Assembly: GCA_963824085.1 (NCBI GenBank) | Contig: CAWGNT010000026.1 | Location: 32,180-96,179, forward strand | Source: an uncultured Gammaproteobacteria bacterium | GTDB taxonomy: Bacteria; Pseudomonadota; Gammaproteobacteria; Chromatiales; Chromatiaceae | Reading direction: 5' to 3' | Length of the DNA stretch: 64,000 bases | Shown: positions 47,977 to 56,849 of the stretch, piece after piece | Layout of the letters: the number at the start of each line of letters is the position of its first letter | Numbering within the stretch: position 1 is the stretch's first letter | Translations under genes and position numbers: made by a program | Notes under the pieces: generated by a model | What the model saw: the letters and a program-made list of their open reading frames with translations, nothing else | Database searches by the model: none | What the model was told of the DNA's origin: nothing

Positions 47977-48724
47977 ATGGAGGGGGTGAGGGGCATAGCA
48001 CTCGTCACCGACTTCGGCGACGGGGGGCCCTATGTAGGACAGATGGAGCTGCGCCTCGCCGAGCTGGCTCCCGAAGTCCCGGTGACGCAGCTCGTATCGG
48101 ACCTGCCGCCCTTTCGTCCCGACCTTGCCGCCTACCTGTTGCCCGCCCTGGCGCGAGACATCGCGGCGCCGACCTTGTATCTGTGTGTCGTCGATCCTGG
48201 CGTAGGCGGCGAGCGCGCGGTGCTGGCCGTGGAAGCGGACGGCAACTGGTTCGTCGGGCCCGACAACGGTCTTCTAGCTATCGTCGTTCGTCGTGCGATA
48301 CGCTGTCAGGTGTTGCGGGTCGGTTGGCGTCCGGAGACCATGTCCGAGAGCTTTCACGGAAGGGATCTGTTCGCCCCGGTGGCGGCAATGCTGACCAAGG
48401 GAGAGTCGCTGGAAGCGCACGCTGTCGGCGACGACGACCATGGAGGGGAGCGGCTGGTCAGATGAGCTGTCGCGCATCGTCTACGCGGATCGCTACGGCA
48501 ACCTGATGACGGGCTTGCGCGCCGCACGCTTGGACTGTCACGCAGCCATTCAGGCCGGCGGGCGAATCCTCCGTTTTGCCCGTACCTTTTGCGAGGTCCC
48601 GAGTGGTGGTGCCTTCTGGTACGAGAACGCTTTCGGTTTGGTCGAGTTGGCGGTCAATCAGGGCCGCGCGGACCGCCTGCTCGGCGTGACAGCTGGCGAT
48701 CCGGTCACGGCCGTCGCCGCCTGA
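47977..48724 (+). pseudogene. SAM hydroxide adenosyltransferase-like (DUF62) gene split by a +1 frameshift
   Basis: N-terminal half is in ORF 47818..48465 (from ATG 47977: ALVTDFGDGGPYVGQM, VVDPGVGG, GPDNGLL, FHGRDLFAPVAA). C-terminal half is in ORF 48440..48724 (VYADRYGNLMTG, FWYENAFGLVELAVNQG). The second frame is open from 48395, so the shift lies in 48395-48463. Confidence 0.6.
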
Positions 48725-49047
48725 GGCTGGTTCCGACACGGCCTCGCTGATGCCCCGCGCTGCGGGGTAGAGTGGCGATGCGCGGCGGCCGTCCCTCGCC
48801 ATCGTGTCGCCCCCAGCTTCGCGACGAGTTGGCACTTTCGCACGTCAAGCCTAGGGTGCGTTCAGCTGCCGTCAAAAGGCGCTCGGCGGTCCCCTCGGTT
48901 AGTCGTCGTCTTGGTCGCTCCGATGACGCCGATGCCAGCGCCGATCATGCCGCCCGCGGCCATGCGAGCCACCGTGGCCGTCCGGGTAGTAGACCACTGC
49001 CGGCGGTCCGCAGGGCTCCACGACCACTGGCGCGGGTGCGTAACGCG

Positions 49048-49296
49048 CTACGACAACCGGGGCGGTGGGTCATAGCGCTCGACAATGACGGGTCGTGTCT
49101 CGTAGACGGTGTAAGGGGGGGCGATGGCCGACCCGATGATGCCGCCAACGACGCCGCCAAGAACACCGCCGAGGACTGCGTCGCCATCGTCGCGCCCGTG
49201 GGCGAAGGCGTGGAGGGGTAGGATAGAGAGGACCGCGCAAGCGGTTAGAGCCACAATCCATTTCTTGATTTCGTTACTTCGTCGAAATGTCCGCAT
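49048..49296 (-). CDS. small secreted glycine-zipper protein (possibly truncated by a frameshift; the frame continues to 48899)
   Basis: ATG at 49296; signal peptide MRTFRRSNEIKKWIVALTACAVLSILPLHAFA; glycine zipper GGVLGGVVGGIIGSA. A protein-like continuation in another frame follows the stop. Confidence 0.5.
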   Translation of the reverse strand: MRTFRRSNEIKKWIVALTACAVLSILPLHAFAHGRDDGDAVLGGVLGGVVGGIIGSAIAPPYTVYETRPVIVERYDPPPRLS

Positions 49297-49419
49297 GCTG
49301 AACGAGCGCCCGAGATGCGTACGCGCTTGCGGACGCTTCCATAAGGGCTGATCGGCTCCTCTATCTATGTCCGGTTGACACGGAAACCGAAGATCACGAG
49401 GAGCCAGCGGGATTTCCAG

Positions 49420-50700
49420 ATGACCTACAGCAAGTCCACGCATCGAGGTCGGCGCAGGTTCGGCGTCCTGGTTGTCTTGGTGTTCGGTGCTGTCTGCGGC
49501 GTATTGCTCGACCGTGTCTTTCTTGCGGGAGTTATCCCTGGCGCCCTGGTGCCGGCGGCCGCAATTGGCGAGTTCCGCCTCATGGCGCTGGCGTGGAATC
49601 TGATCGATGCGCGCTATGTCGACCGGCAGGCGATCAAGCCCGAGAAGATGACTTACGGTGCAATCAGTGGGATGGTGGACGCGCTGGGCGATACCGGCCA
49701 CAGTAGCTTTCTAACCCCGGAGATGGTTGGCCTCGCGCAGGACGTGTCGACTGGCAACTTCGCCGGGATCGGGGCGGAAATCGGGGTCAAGAAGGGGCAG
49801 GTGGTCATCGTCTCGCCGATCGACGGCACTCCGGCGAGCCGAGCGGGGCTGCGGCCGGGCGACGCCATCCTGAAGGTCGATGGCCAAACCGTCGTCAGCC
49901 TGTCTCTGGCCGATGTGGTGGGACGCATCCGCGGCCCCGTCGGCACGCCAGTAACGCTGCAGATCCTCTCGCCCAACGCCGAGCGACCGAAAGAGGTGAC
50001 GCTGGTGCGCGCTGAGATCCCTATCGATACGGTCCATTGGGCGATGATCCCTGGCACCCGCCAGGCCGACGTGCGCATCAGTAGCTTCTCCAAAGGCACC
50101 ACCAGTGCGTTGTCCACTGCGCTGGCTCAGGCAAAGCAGGCCGGTACGACCGGCGTCGTCCTGGATCTTCGCGATGATCCAGGCGGACTGCTCGAGGAGG
50201 CTATCGGAGTGACCAGCCTGCTTGTCGCTCAAGGGAATGTGCTTGAGGACCGGGACCGCGCCGGTAAAATCACCCCTGTTCCCGTCGAGCCTGACCGGCA
50301 GCTGTGGAGAGGTCCAGTGGCCGTGCTGATCAATGGCGGCACGGCGAGCGCCGCGGAGATCGTCGCCGGTGCACTGCGTGACAATCGCAAGTCGGCGCTG
50401 ATCGGTGAGAAGACCTTCGGTACCGGCACTGTGCTCCAGCAATTCCCGCTGCCCGACGGATCGGCGCTGCTGCTTGCGGTGGGCGAATGGTTGACCCCGG
50501 CGGGAGAGAGCTTCTGGCACAAAGGCCTCGAGCCGACCATCAAGGTGGCCCTGGCCGAAGATACCCTGCCGCTGACGCCGGTGGCGATGCGCGATCTGAC
50601 CCCCGGGGAGCTGCGCAAGAGCCACGACGGCCAGCTGCTGGCGGCAACAGCGTGGCTTGACAAGCAGACGTCGTCAGGCAGACAACCGATCGCTCCGTAG
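49420..50700 (+). CDS. S41-family carboxy-terminal processing peptidase with PDZ domain
   Basis: ORF 49375..50700 with an N-terminal TM segment, a PDZ-like region (GIGAEIGVKKGQVVIVSPIDGTPASRAGLRPGDAILKVDG) and the catalytic-Ser region LINGGTASAAEIVAGAL. Start uncertain (TTG 49375 vs ATG 49420). Confidence 0.85.
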   Translation: MTYSKSTHRGRRRFGVLVVLVFGAVCGVLLDRVFLAGVIPGALVPAAAIGEFRLMALAWNLIDARYVDRQAIKPEKMTYGAISGMVDALGDTGHSSFLTPEMVGLAQDVSTGNFAGIGAEIGVKKGQVVIVSPIDGTPASRAGLRPGDAILKVDGQTVVSLSLADVVGRIRGPVGTPVTLQILSPNAERPKEVTLVRAEIPIDTVHWAMIPGTRQADVRISSFSKGTTSALSTALAQAKQAGTTGVVLDLRDDPGGLLEEAIGVTSLLVAQGNVLEDRDRAGKITPVPVEPDRQLWRGPVAVLINGGTASAAEIVAGALRDNRKSALIGEKTFGTGTVLQQFPLPDGSALLLAVGEWLTPAGESFWHKGLEPTIKVALAEDTLPLTPVAMRDLTPGELRKSHDGQLLAATAWLDKQTSSGRQPIAP

Positions 50701-50712
50701 GCAATAGGCGAG

Positions 50713-52311
50713 CTACCGGTAGTCGCCGGCCTTAAGGCGGTACGTCCTGAGCTTCATGTGCACGGCACGGGGCGTGATCCCCATTGCCCTGGCCACGGCG
50801 CTGACGTTGCCGCGAAAGCGTGTCAGCGCGTCTTCGATCACCTTGGCTTCAACGTCGCGCGCCGCGTCCCTCCTTATCTGCCGCAAGGGAATTGATTGGT
50901 CGCTGCCGGGTGGATCGCTTCCCTGTGGGGCCTCGACCGAGAGGTCATCGATAACCTGCCCCTGACAGAACAAGAAGGCGTGCTCCAGCACATTCTCCAG
51001 CTCTCGGACGTTTCCTGGCCAATGGTAGCCGAGCACTTTCCTCCAAGCGCGCTCGCCCAGCGCTTTCGCCGGTTGGTGGTATCGTTCCGAGAGGCGCCGC
51101 AGGACGTGAGTCACCAGGGCGGACAGGTCACTGCGGCGTTCCCGGAGCGGGGGGATATGTATGGGTACGACGTTTACCCGATAGTAGAGGTCCGTGCGGA
51201 AGGCCCCGGAGGCGACGCGATCCTTGATATCCTGATTTGACGCGGCAATGATTCGGACGTCCGTTGTCAGGGGCTGTCTTCCGCCCACCCTCTCGAACTC
51301 ACCCTCCTGCAGCACGCGTAAGAGCCTGGCCTGCGCGGATACGGGCAAAGAGTCGATCTCATCAAGAAACAGAGTGCCGCCGTTCGCACGTTCGAAGAAC
51401 CCATGGTGCACGGTATGGGCATCGGTAAATGCGCCTTTCTCGTGCCCGAACAGCGCGCTCTCGATGAGACTCTCGGGAATCGCCCCGCAGTTGACGGCAA
51501 CGAGATCTCGATCCGCCCGGAGACTCAGAGCATGAATTGCCCGCGCAATGACCTCCTTCCCCACGCCCGTCTCGCCAGTGACCAAGACGGTCGCTGGAGT
51601 TGGGGCCACGATCGCGACGGCCTCGAGGGCGGCCTTCATTGCTGCAGATTCGGCGACGACTGTTGGCCTCTCGCGCCGAGCGGCCGCACCCCGTTGCCGA
51701 GGCGGACACCAAGCGCTTGCGAGCTTCGATTCCACGCGGGCCGTTATCTCCGCCGAGGCGGATCTTGAGATGATGGTGTCCCCGGTGTACTGGTATTCGT
51801 CGCCGTGCTTGTCCTTCGCCATGTCTCGGTCCGTGTACACGCAGACGTCACACGACCCGTCGCCGGTCGCAATCCGCTTGCGCAGCTCGACCTTGGCGTA
51901 GCCGAAGTTCCGGGCCGCGATCGCACCGAACACGCTCGCCGTCATGCGGCACAGCTCGGGGGCTTGACTGACTGTCTCCCCGAACGGGCAGCGTTCATTG
52001 CGGACCCGGATGACGCCAGGGTCGCTCGGCTCCCGCGAGAATTCGCCGCCGATACGATTCTTGATGTTGAGTATGACCGCAGCGTATTCCTCGGGCGTGA
52101 TCTCGCCGGAGAGGCCGAGCTGCTGTCGTGCGACCGCCTCCAGGCAGTGGCTGGAGGCTAGCCCCAGGTGCTCGATATAGGTCCTCTTTTGCTGGGCACT
52201 CTTGAAGCAGTGCTGCTCGGCGGCCCTGATGCTGTGGGCGATGAAGGACTGGAGAAAGGAAACCTGATCAAGGCGGAGCGACGCATCGATATCCATCGAT
52301 TGGACTTCCAT
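50713..52311 (-). CDS. sigma-54-dependent transcriptional activator (NtrC-family EBP) with a Cys-containing V4R-like sensory domain
   Basis: ORF 50713..52467. Walker A GETGVGKE, Walker B GTLFLDEI, sigma-54 contact loop present as GAFTDA, C-terminal Fis-type HTH ([20 protein letters not shown]). N-terminal domain has RCPFGE...PELCRM...[10 protein letters not shown]. Start chosen at ATG 52311. Confidence 0.85.
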   Translation of the reverse strand: MEVQSMDIDASLRLDQVSFLQSFIAHSIRAAEQHCFKSAQQKRTYIEHLGLASSHCLEAVARQQLGLSGEITPEEYAAVILNIKNRIGGEFSREPSDPGVIRVRNERCPFGETVSQAPELCRMTASVFGAIAARNFGYAKVELRKRIATGDGSCDVCVYTDRDMAKDKHGDEYQYTGDTIISRSASAEITARVESKLASAWCPPRQRGAAARRERPTVVAESAAMKAALEAVAIVAPTPATVLVTGETGVGKEVIARAIHALSLRADRDLVAVNCGAIPESLIESALFGHEKGAFTDAHTVHHGFFERANGGTLFLDEIDSLPVSAQARLLRVLQEGEFERVGGRQPLTTDVRIIAASNQDIKDRVASGAFRTDLYYRVNVVPIHIPPLRERRSDLSALVTHVLRRLSERYHQPAKALGERAWRKVLGYHWPGNVRELENVLEHAFLFCQGQVIDDLSVEAPQGSDPPGSDQSIPLRQIRRDAARDVEAKVIEDALTRFRGNVSAVARAMGITPRAVHMKLRTYRLKAGDYR

Positions 52312-52580
52312 TGGTAGCGCGGTCTCTTCAACAAGCTTAGCCGAAGCTGAGCGGTACCGAATCCCAGCTATGGCTGTTTGCGGATGGTCGGGTGCGGGTA
52401 GGCGGCCGGGCGCCAACGAGCCTCCACGGACGGAGTCGCGGTGAGTTCCGCAGCTGCCGCCTGGCATCGCAGGGGAGCGTTGGCGCAGGTCGCCTACCCG
52501 AAAAGGCGGGTGATCCTGGTGCCGTATGCGCTACCGTCGGAGATCAGGGCATTCAGTATGATGTGGCTTCCAGCGGCCCA

Positions 52581-52808
52581 TCAGTGGCAACAGGGGCAGT
52601 CCTTGCCATGGCCGTTTTGCTCCGGTTGGAGCGAACGGACGGCCTCTTCACGTCCCCTGGCCATACTTCCGTGGACAGCCGGGGCCGATAGAATTAACCG
52701 ATTCGTTTCGGCACCGCAAGCTGGACATGCCGGCCTGTCGGCATGTAGGGGATGCCAGAGCTCGAAGCGGTTGTTGCACGCGGGGCAGGCGTAGTTGTAC
52801 GTAGGCAT
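52581..52808 (-). CDS. FmdB-family zinc-ribbon protein
   Basis: 75 aa, MPTYNYACPACNNRFE...CPACGAETNRLILSAP; two CxxC pairs plus a C-terminal CPCCH. Confidence 0.7.
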   Translation of the reverse strand: MPTYNYACPACNNRFELWHPLHADRPACPACGAETNRLILSAPAVHGSMARGREEAVRSLQPEQNGHGKDCPCCH

Positions 52809-52920
52809 TCGGTTTCACCTGGCTTTGAGATTGGGGTCGAAGACGGAGGGTGTCGCACGAGGCGATAGGCCCCGCATGCGGGGCGGAGCGCGCATATACA
52901 CGGCTCATATCTCGTTTTCG

Positions 52921-53066
52921 GTTCTCCGCGCTAAGGGGCCCGGAAGCTCGGTCGGGGGTGACGGCGGCACGGAGGATGCCATAAAGCCTACGAGGATGTA
53001 GTTACGGCGTTCCTCGGCGGGCGCAACCCGGCCCCGGAAAAGCGAAAGACCCAAGTACGAAACGTA
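52921..53066 (-). repeat. palindromic repeat element, copy D
   Basis: 52-nt core 52969-53020 is homologous to the reverse complement of the copy A/B cores. Right arm and flank TCCTCGGCGGGCGCAACCCGGCC-CCGGAAAAGCGAAAG; left arm degenerate. Confidence 0.6.
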
Positions 53067-53151
53067 TAACCTCCAAGAGGGTTCAGTGGAAACCGCCCCT
53101 GGATGAGTCGTGCCGGACCCACACCAGGGGCAATCGTCCTGCCTCTAAGCG

Positions 53152-53805
53152 CTATTCCCAACGGGGAGGCTGTTGACCGCTCACTCCGAACTGCGTGGCG
53201 AGGACGTCTGTCCGCGCCCGCTTCTCCGGGTCTTGCGTGGGCGGGCGCAGGCGGCGTGTCTCCACCTCCCAGACCCAGCCGCTGATGGTGACATCCTTTG
53301 GTATCAGGGGATGGTTTCTGAAGGTCTCGATGGTCTTCATGCACGCCGTATCGACGTCATCCATCATGCCGATCCATTTGGCGAACGCACCCTGGTCGAG
53401 CCGGAGCTCGGGTAACGTCGGATCCAGGGTTAGGTTGTCGATGTCGACGCCCTTGTCACGCAGCACCTTTTCTAGATCGGCGGCGTTCGCAGACAACATG
53501 CCGCACTGGGTATGCTGGACGATGACAATCTCCTTCGTGCCGAAGAAGTTGCAGGTCAGCATCGCCGAACGGATCGCATCGTCGGTGACTATGCCGCCCG
53601 CATTACGAAAACAATGCGCATCGCCGCCGCCCACCGGGGTGTCGACGCGAATACCGAGGGCCTCATCGACGGGCAAGCGCTCGTCCATGCAGGCGAGGAC
53701 CCACAAGCGGCGATTGTTGGGTCCCTCAGGTCCGTAACGGCGTCGAGTCGCCCAGTGGTCAAATTGTGTAGTTCTCGCCTCCAGTTCTTGCTTCAGCGTG
53801 GCCAT
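53152..53805 (-). CDS. beta-class carbonic anhydrase family protein, clade-D type (candidate CS2/COS hydrolase)
   Basis: 217 aa with zinc ligand motifs CxDxR (ACMDERL) and HxxC (HTQCG), plus RNAGGIVTDDAIRS, NFFGTKEI and RNHPLIPKDV. SD GAGGAGG upstream. Confidence 0.8.
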   Translation of the reverse strand: MATLKQELEARTTQFDHWATRRRYGPEGPNNRRLWVLACMDERLPVDEALGIRVDTPVGGGDAHCFRNAGGIVTDDAIRSAMLTCNFFGTKEIVIVQHTQCGMLSANAADLEKVLRDKGVDIDNLTLDPTLPELRLDQGAFAKWIGMMDDVDTACMKTIETFRNHPLIPKDVTISGWVWEVETRRLRPPTQDPEKRARTDVLATQFGVSGQQPPRWE

Positions 53806-53879
53806 TCTCCAAACCTCCTCGGGGATCGTGATGTGTCAGGTTCGCGTTCTGTGTTCGGATGCCGAACATCAGCATCTAA

Positions 53880-53895
53880 AGCACGCACTGTGCCA
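53880..53895 (-). promoter_or_regulatory. sigma-54 (-24/-12) promoter candidate for the hydrolase gene
   Basis: Minus-strand sequence TGGCACAGTGCGTGCT against consensus TGGCAC-N5-TTGCW. GG and GC are at the correct 10-nt spacing. It lies 75-90 nt upstream of the ATG, with an A/T-rich tract just upstream. Confidence 0.6.
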
Positions 53896-53952
53896 AAATA
53901 AAACACCTTGAAAAATCGGTAACTTAGGAAGGTGCGAAGCCTGTCCGTGAAG

Positions 53953-53962
53953 CGTTCGAACG
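53953..53962. repeat. 10-bp perfect palindrome CGTTCGAACG (candidate activator site)
   Basis: Read directly; centred about 60 bp upstream of the -24 element. Confidence 0.3.
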
Positions 53963-54084
53963 ACTTTGGCGCATGAGATCTCTGCTAACAGGTTGAAAAA
54001 CGCCAGAAATCGTGATGACGCGGAAACTTCGCAGTGTGAAGAAGAGCTTCGCAGGCTCTTGGACGGACGAAGAATGAGCTAATA

Positions 54085-54256
54085 CCGTTTCGATCTGGGC
54101 TCTTTCGTCTCCAGTGGACTGGCCGCTCCGACCGGGGGACGCCGTAAATACGTCCATGCAGGCTTGACGGCAGCCTTCCTGTTGCCGATACCCCTGGCGG
54201 GACCGGCCAGTCCCCTCTGGTCCGGAAGCGCAAAAGTCGGGCGAGCTCGGAATAGG
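54085..54256 (+). repeat. palindromic repeat element, copy B
   Basis: Arms 54116-54138 / 54191-54213 give 19 Watson-Crick pairs plus 1 GU out of 23. 52-nt core 54139-54190. Both outer flanks present. Confidence 0.75.
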
Positions 54257-54266
54257 ACATCGACAT

Positions 54267-54283
54267 AGTACAAAATTTGTACT
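54267..54283. repeat. 17-bp palindrome AGTACAAA-A-TTTGTACT (candidate operator/UAS)
   Basis: Read directly; immediately right of repeat copy B in the divergent promoter region. Confidence 0.3.
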
Positions 54284-55009
54284 GGCAGGCAGGTGCGCGA
54301 GACCGGTGTTGACGCGGCGCAGCGAGCAGGCGGGGAATCAGACCACAGCTGTTGGAATATGAGGCGGGTGCACGCGTGTCCATGAAGCGCTGATCGATGG
54401 TAGGTGCCAACGCTTCGCGCGGCGCGATGGCATGGAGGTCGTCGGCGTTTGCCATTCGCATGCAGACCACCCAGCGGAGCCATCGGAGCCGGACCGAAAT
54501 TGCGTTGAGGATGGGTTGACGGACGCCAGATCATCGACAGATCGTCGATCGACCCGGGAGAAATGGATTTCTTGGTCTATATTAATTTCGTGGCGTGGGG
54601 TGTGGAATAAGAAGCACGTGTGAAACGCCACACCTGGGGGAAAACGAGAAGATCCATTGCCGACAGACAGGTCCCGTAGGCATCGGGATCGGCGGCGGGC
54701 CCGCGGCAATCCCTCCCCGGGACGAGGAGACCCGGGAACAGTCGGCACGTCGCCGAACACTTTGCGCTCAAGAAGCGAGCAGCGAGCAACGCGATCGTCC
54801 TCTGGCGGTGGCCGCCCAAGGCCCTAATTTCGTTGTGCACGCTCGACGTGCTTGCGGATTGGTCAGTGCTTGCTAAACCGTCGGGAACTGCGCTTTGGGC
54901 GCTGTCTGCAAGGCATCTTGCGCCGTCTGAGGGTGTTTGATCGACGTCCCGACGGTCCTGCAATCTCGGCATGCCACTCACCTGCCGGTGAGGCCGGGAG
55001 AAGGGGCAA

Positions 55010-55025
55010 TGGTGCCGTCGTTGCC
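55010..55025 (+). promoter_or_regulatory. weaker sigma-54 promoter candidate for the exporter operon
   Basis: TGGTGCCGTCGTTGCC has GG and TTGC at consensus spacing, but the -24 box is TGGTGC. It lies 60 nt upstream of ATG 55085; AGGAGA SD at 55071. Confidence 0.4.
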
Positions 55026-55084
55026 CTGTTCCGTGGCATCAAAGGGGAAATCGAAGACCTAACCAACCGAAGGAGAATCGACGT

Positions 55085-56479
55085 ATGGCAAAAAACGTCA
55101 TGGTCGCTGAGGACGAAGAGGCCCTCCAAAGCATGGGGTGGCGGGAGATCTGGTTGAAGGAGGACTGGTGGGCGATCTGGCTCGGCCTGGGTATCGTGAT
55201 CGTGGCCTATCTGTTCTTCGCTAACGGCGCCTCGATCAAGTGGATCGCGATCACGCCGGGGAAATGGTCGACGTTTGATCAGGTGCTCGGCGACTTCAGG
55301 TCGCACATCATCCAATATATCGCCCAGTTCATCCTGTGGCTCGTCGTGTTCAGCGTGAGCATGCGCATCATGGGCCACAAGATGAGCGAGTTCATACCCG
55401 CGTTTGTGTTTATCTACTTGGTCTCGATCCTGATCTTCATGGTCGGGGCCTGGGACCAGGCGCATCACTACAACCTGGAGCCGCCGTTGGTCGCCTTGCT
55501 GCTGGGTATGGTGATCTCCAACCTCATTGGCCTGCCGCGCTGGATGGATACCGGGTTCCGTGTCGAGTACTACATCAAGGTAGGCATCGTGCTGCTGGGT
55601 GCCACCCTGCCGTTCACCCTGGTGATCTGGGCAGGCCCGGTGGCGATCTTCCAGGCATCGATCGTCTCGATCACCACTTTCCTCGTTATCTACTTCGTGG
55701 GGCGCCGCTTGGATCTCGATCGGCGCCTTTGCGCGACGCTCGGCGCCGGTGGAGCGGTCTGCGGAGTGTCCGGTGCCATCGCCATCGCCGGTGCCGTGGG
55801 CGCCAAGAAGGAACATGCACCGATCGCCATCACCATGGTGATCGGCTGGGCGATCGTGATGATCTTCTTCCTACCTCTGGTCTCACGTACGTTGCAGTTG
55901 TCGACCGGCGTCGCCGGTGCCTGGATCGGCACCTCGGAGTTCGCCGATGCAGCCGGTTTCGCCGCCGCTCAGGCCTACGGCAACCTGGCCGGAAACGTGC
56001 CGGGGATCAGCGGCACGGCCGATCAGTCGGTGTGGGCTTTCACCCTGATGAAGGTGGTAGGCCGCGACATCTGGATCGGGATCTGGGCCTTCGTGCTGGC
56101 CATCATCGCGACCACTCGCTGGGAGACCGAGACGGGCAGCAAGCCGCAGGCGGCAGAGATCTGGTGGCGCTTCCCGAAGTTCGTCATCGGTTTCGCGCTG
56201 GCTTCGATTCTGGTCACCTGGGTCACCAGCGGCTACTCCTTCGAGGACTTCAACAAGATCGTCAAGCCGGAGTTCGTGGGGCCGGTGAAGGCATTGCGCA
56301 CCTGGGCCTTCATCTTCTGCTTCTTTTCCATCGGGCTGACCACCCGCTTCCGCGAGCTGGCCAGTGCCACCGGTAAGCCATTTTGGGCGTTCACCGTGGG
56401 TGTGGGATTCAACGTGGCATTGGGCTTCATACTTTCGGCGTTGGTGTTCGGCACGTACTGGACAAACCTCGCCCATTGA
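55085..56479 (+). CDS. YeiH/UPF0324-family membrane protein (putative sulfate exporter family)
   Basis: 464 aa polytopic protein. Family-like motif LGAGGAVCGVSGAIAIAGAV (compare E. coli YeiH IGAGSSICGAAAVLA) and GTSEFADAAGFAAAQ. Confidence 0.7.
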   Translation: MAKNVMVAEDEEALQSMGWREIWLKEDWWAIWLGLGIVIVAYLFFANGASIKWIAITPGKWSTFDQVLGDFRSHIIQYIAQFILWLVVFSVSMRIMGHKMSEFIPAFVFIYLVSILIFMVGAWDQAHHYNLEPPLVALLLGMVISNLIGLPRWMDTGFRVEYYIKVGIVLLGATLPFTLVIWAGPVAIFQASIVSITTFLVIYFVGRRLDLDRRLCATLGAGGAVCGVSGAIAIAGAVGAKKEHAPIAITMVIGWAIVMIFFLPLVSRTLQLSTGVAGAWIGTSEFADAAGFAAAQAYGNLAGNVPGISGTADQSVWAFTLMKVVGRDIWIGIWAFVLAIIATTRWETETGSKPQAAEIWWRFPKFVIGFALASILVTWVTSGYSFEDFNKIVKPEFVGPVKALRTWAFIFCFFSIGLTTRFRELASATGKPFWAFTVGVGFNVALGFILSALVFGTYWTNLAH

Positions 56480-56549
56480 TGGAGTCGACGGAGGTAGCGC
56501 CGGCTCCGCCGGCGCTACCCCAGTTTCCGAAACGAGTGAGACAAATGGG

Positions 56550-56756
56550 ATGGACAAGCTCGCGCACACCTGCCTCTCCTGCCGTCATTTCCGCAACACG
56601 CCGCGCTACCTGGAGTCGGTCTACAAGGGACTGTCGAGCCTCGGCTCCGCCTACGCGTCGGTGCGCAAAGACGACGGAATCTGCCTAGAACGGGACCTGT
56701 ATTTGTCGGCATCGGCATCCTGCGAACGCTATGCGGCACGCAAACCGGCGCAGTGA
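56550..56756 (+). CDS. hypothetical 68-aa four-cysteine protein
   Basis: Internal ATG of ORF 56364..56756: MDKLAHTCLSCRHFRNTPRYLESVYKGLSSLGSAYASVRKDDGICLERDLYLSASASCERY. Starts 70 nt after the exporter stop. Confidence 0.45.
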   Translation: MDKLAHTCLSCRHFRNTPRYLESVYKGLSSLGSAYASVRKDDGICLERDLYLSASASCERYAARKPAQ

Positions 56757-56793
56757 GCCGGCCCTAGCCGGACCAAGCAAACGCCATTGGTTT

Positions 56794-56816
56794 GGTGACT
56801 AGTCTCAGGTGACTAG
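56794..56816 (+). repeat. tandem direct repeat GGTGACTAG-N5-GGTGACTAG
   Basis: Read directly in a locally low-GC patch. Function unknown. Confidence 0.5.
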
Positions 56817-56849
56817 AGTCGTGGCTCAGCAGGAACGTCCAGTAGGCGA

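Noticed and set aside
53985-54981. Overlapping 130-160-aa ORFs filling the gap between the hydrolase and exporter genes.
   Set aside because: They are mutually overlapping and Arg/Pro/Ser-rich, and one is built from repeat copy B. None has an SD or a recognisable motif. I treat the region as non-coding regulatory/repeat DNA.
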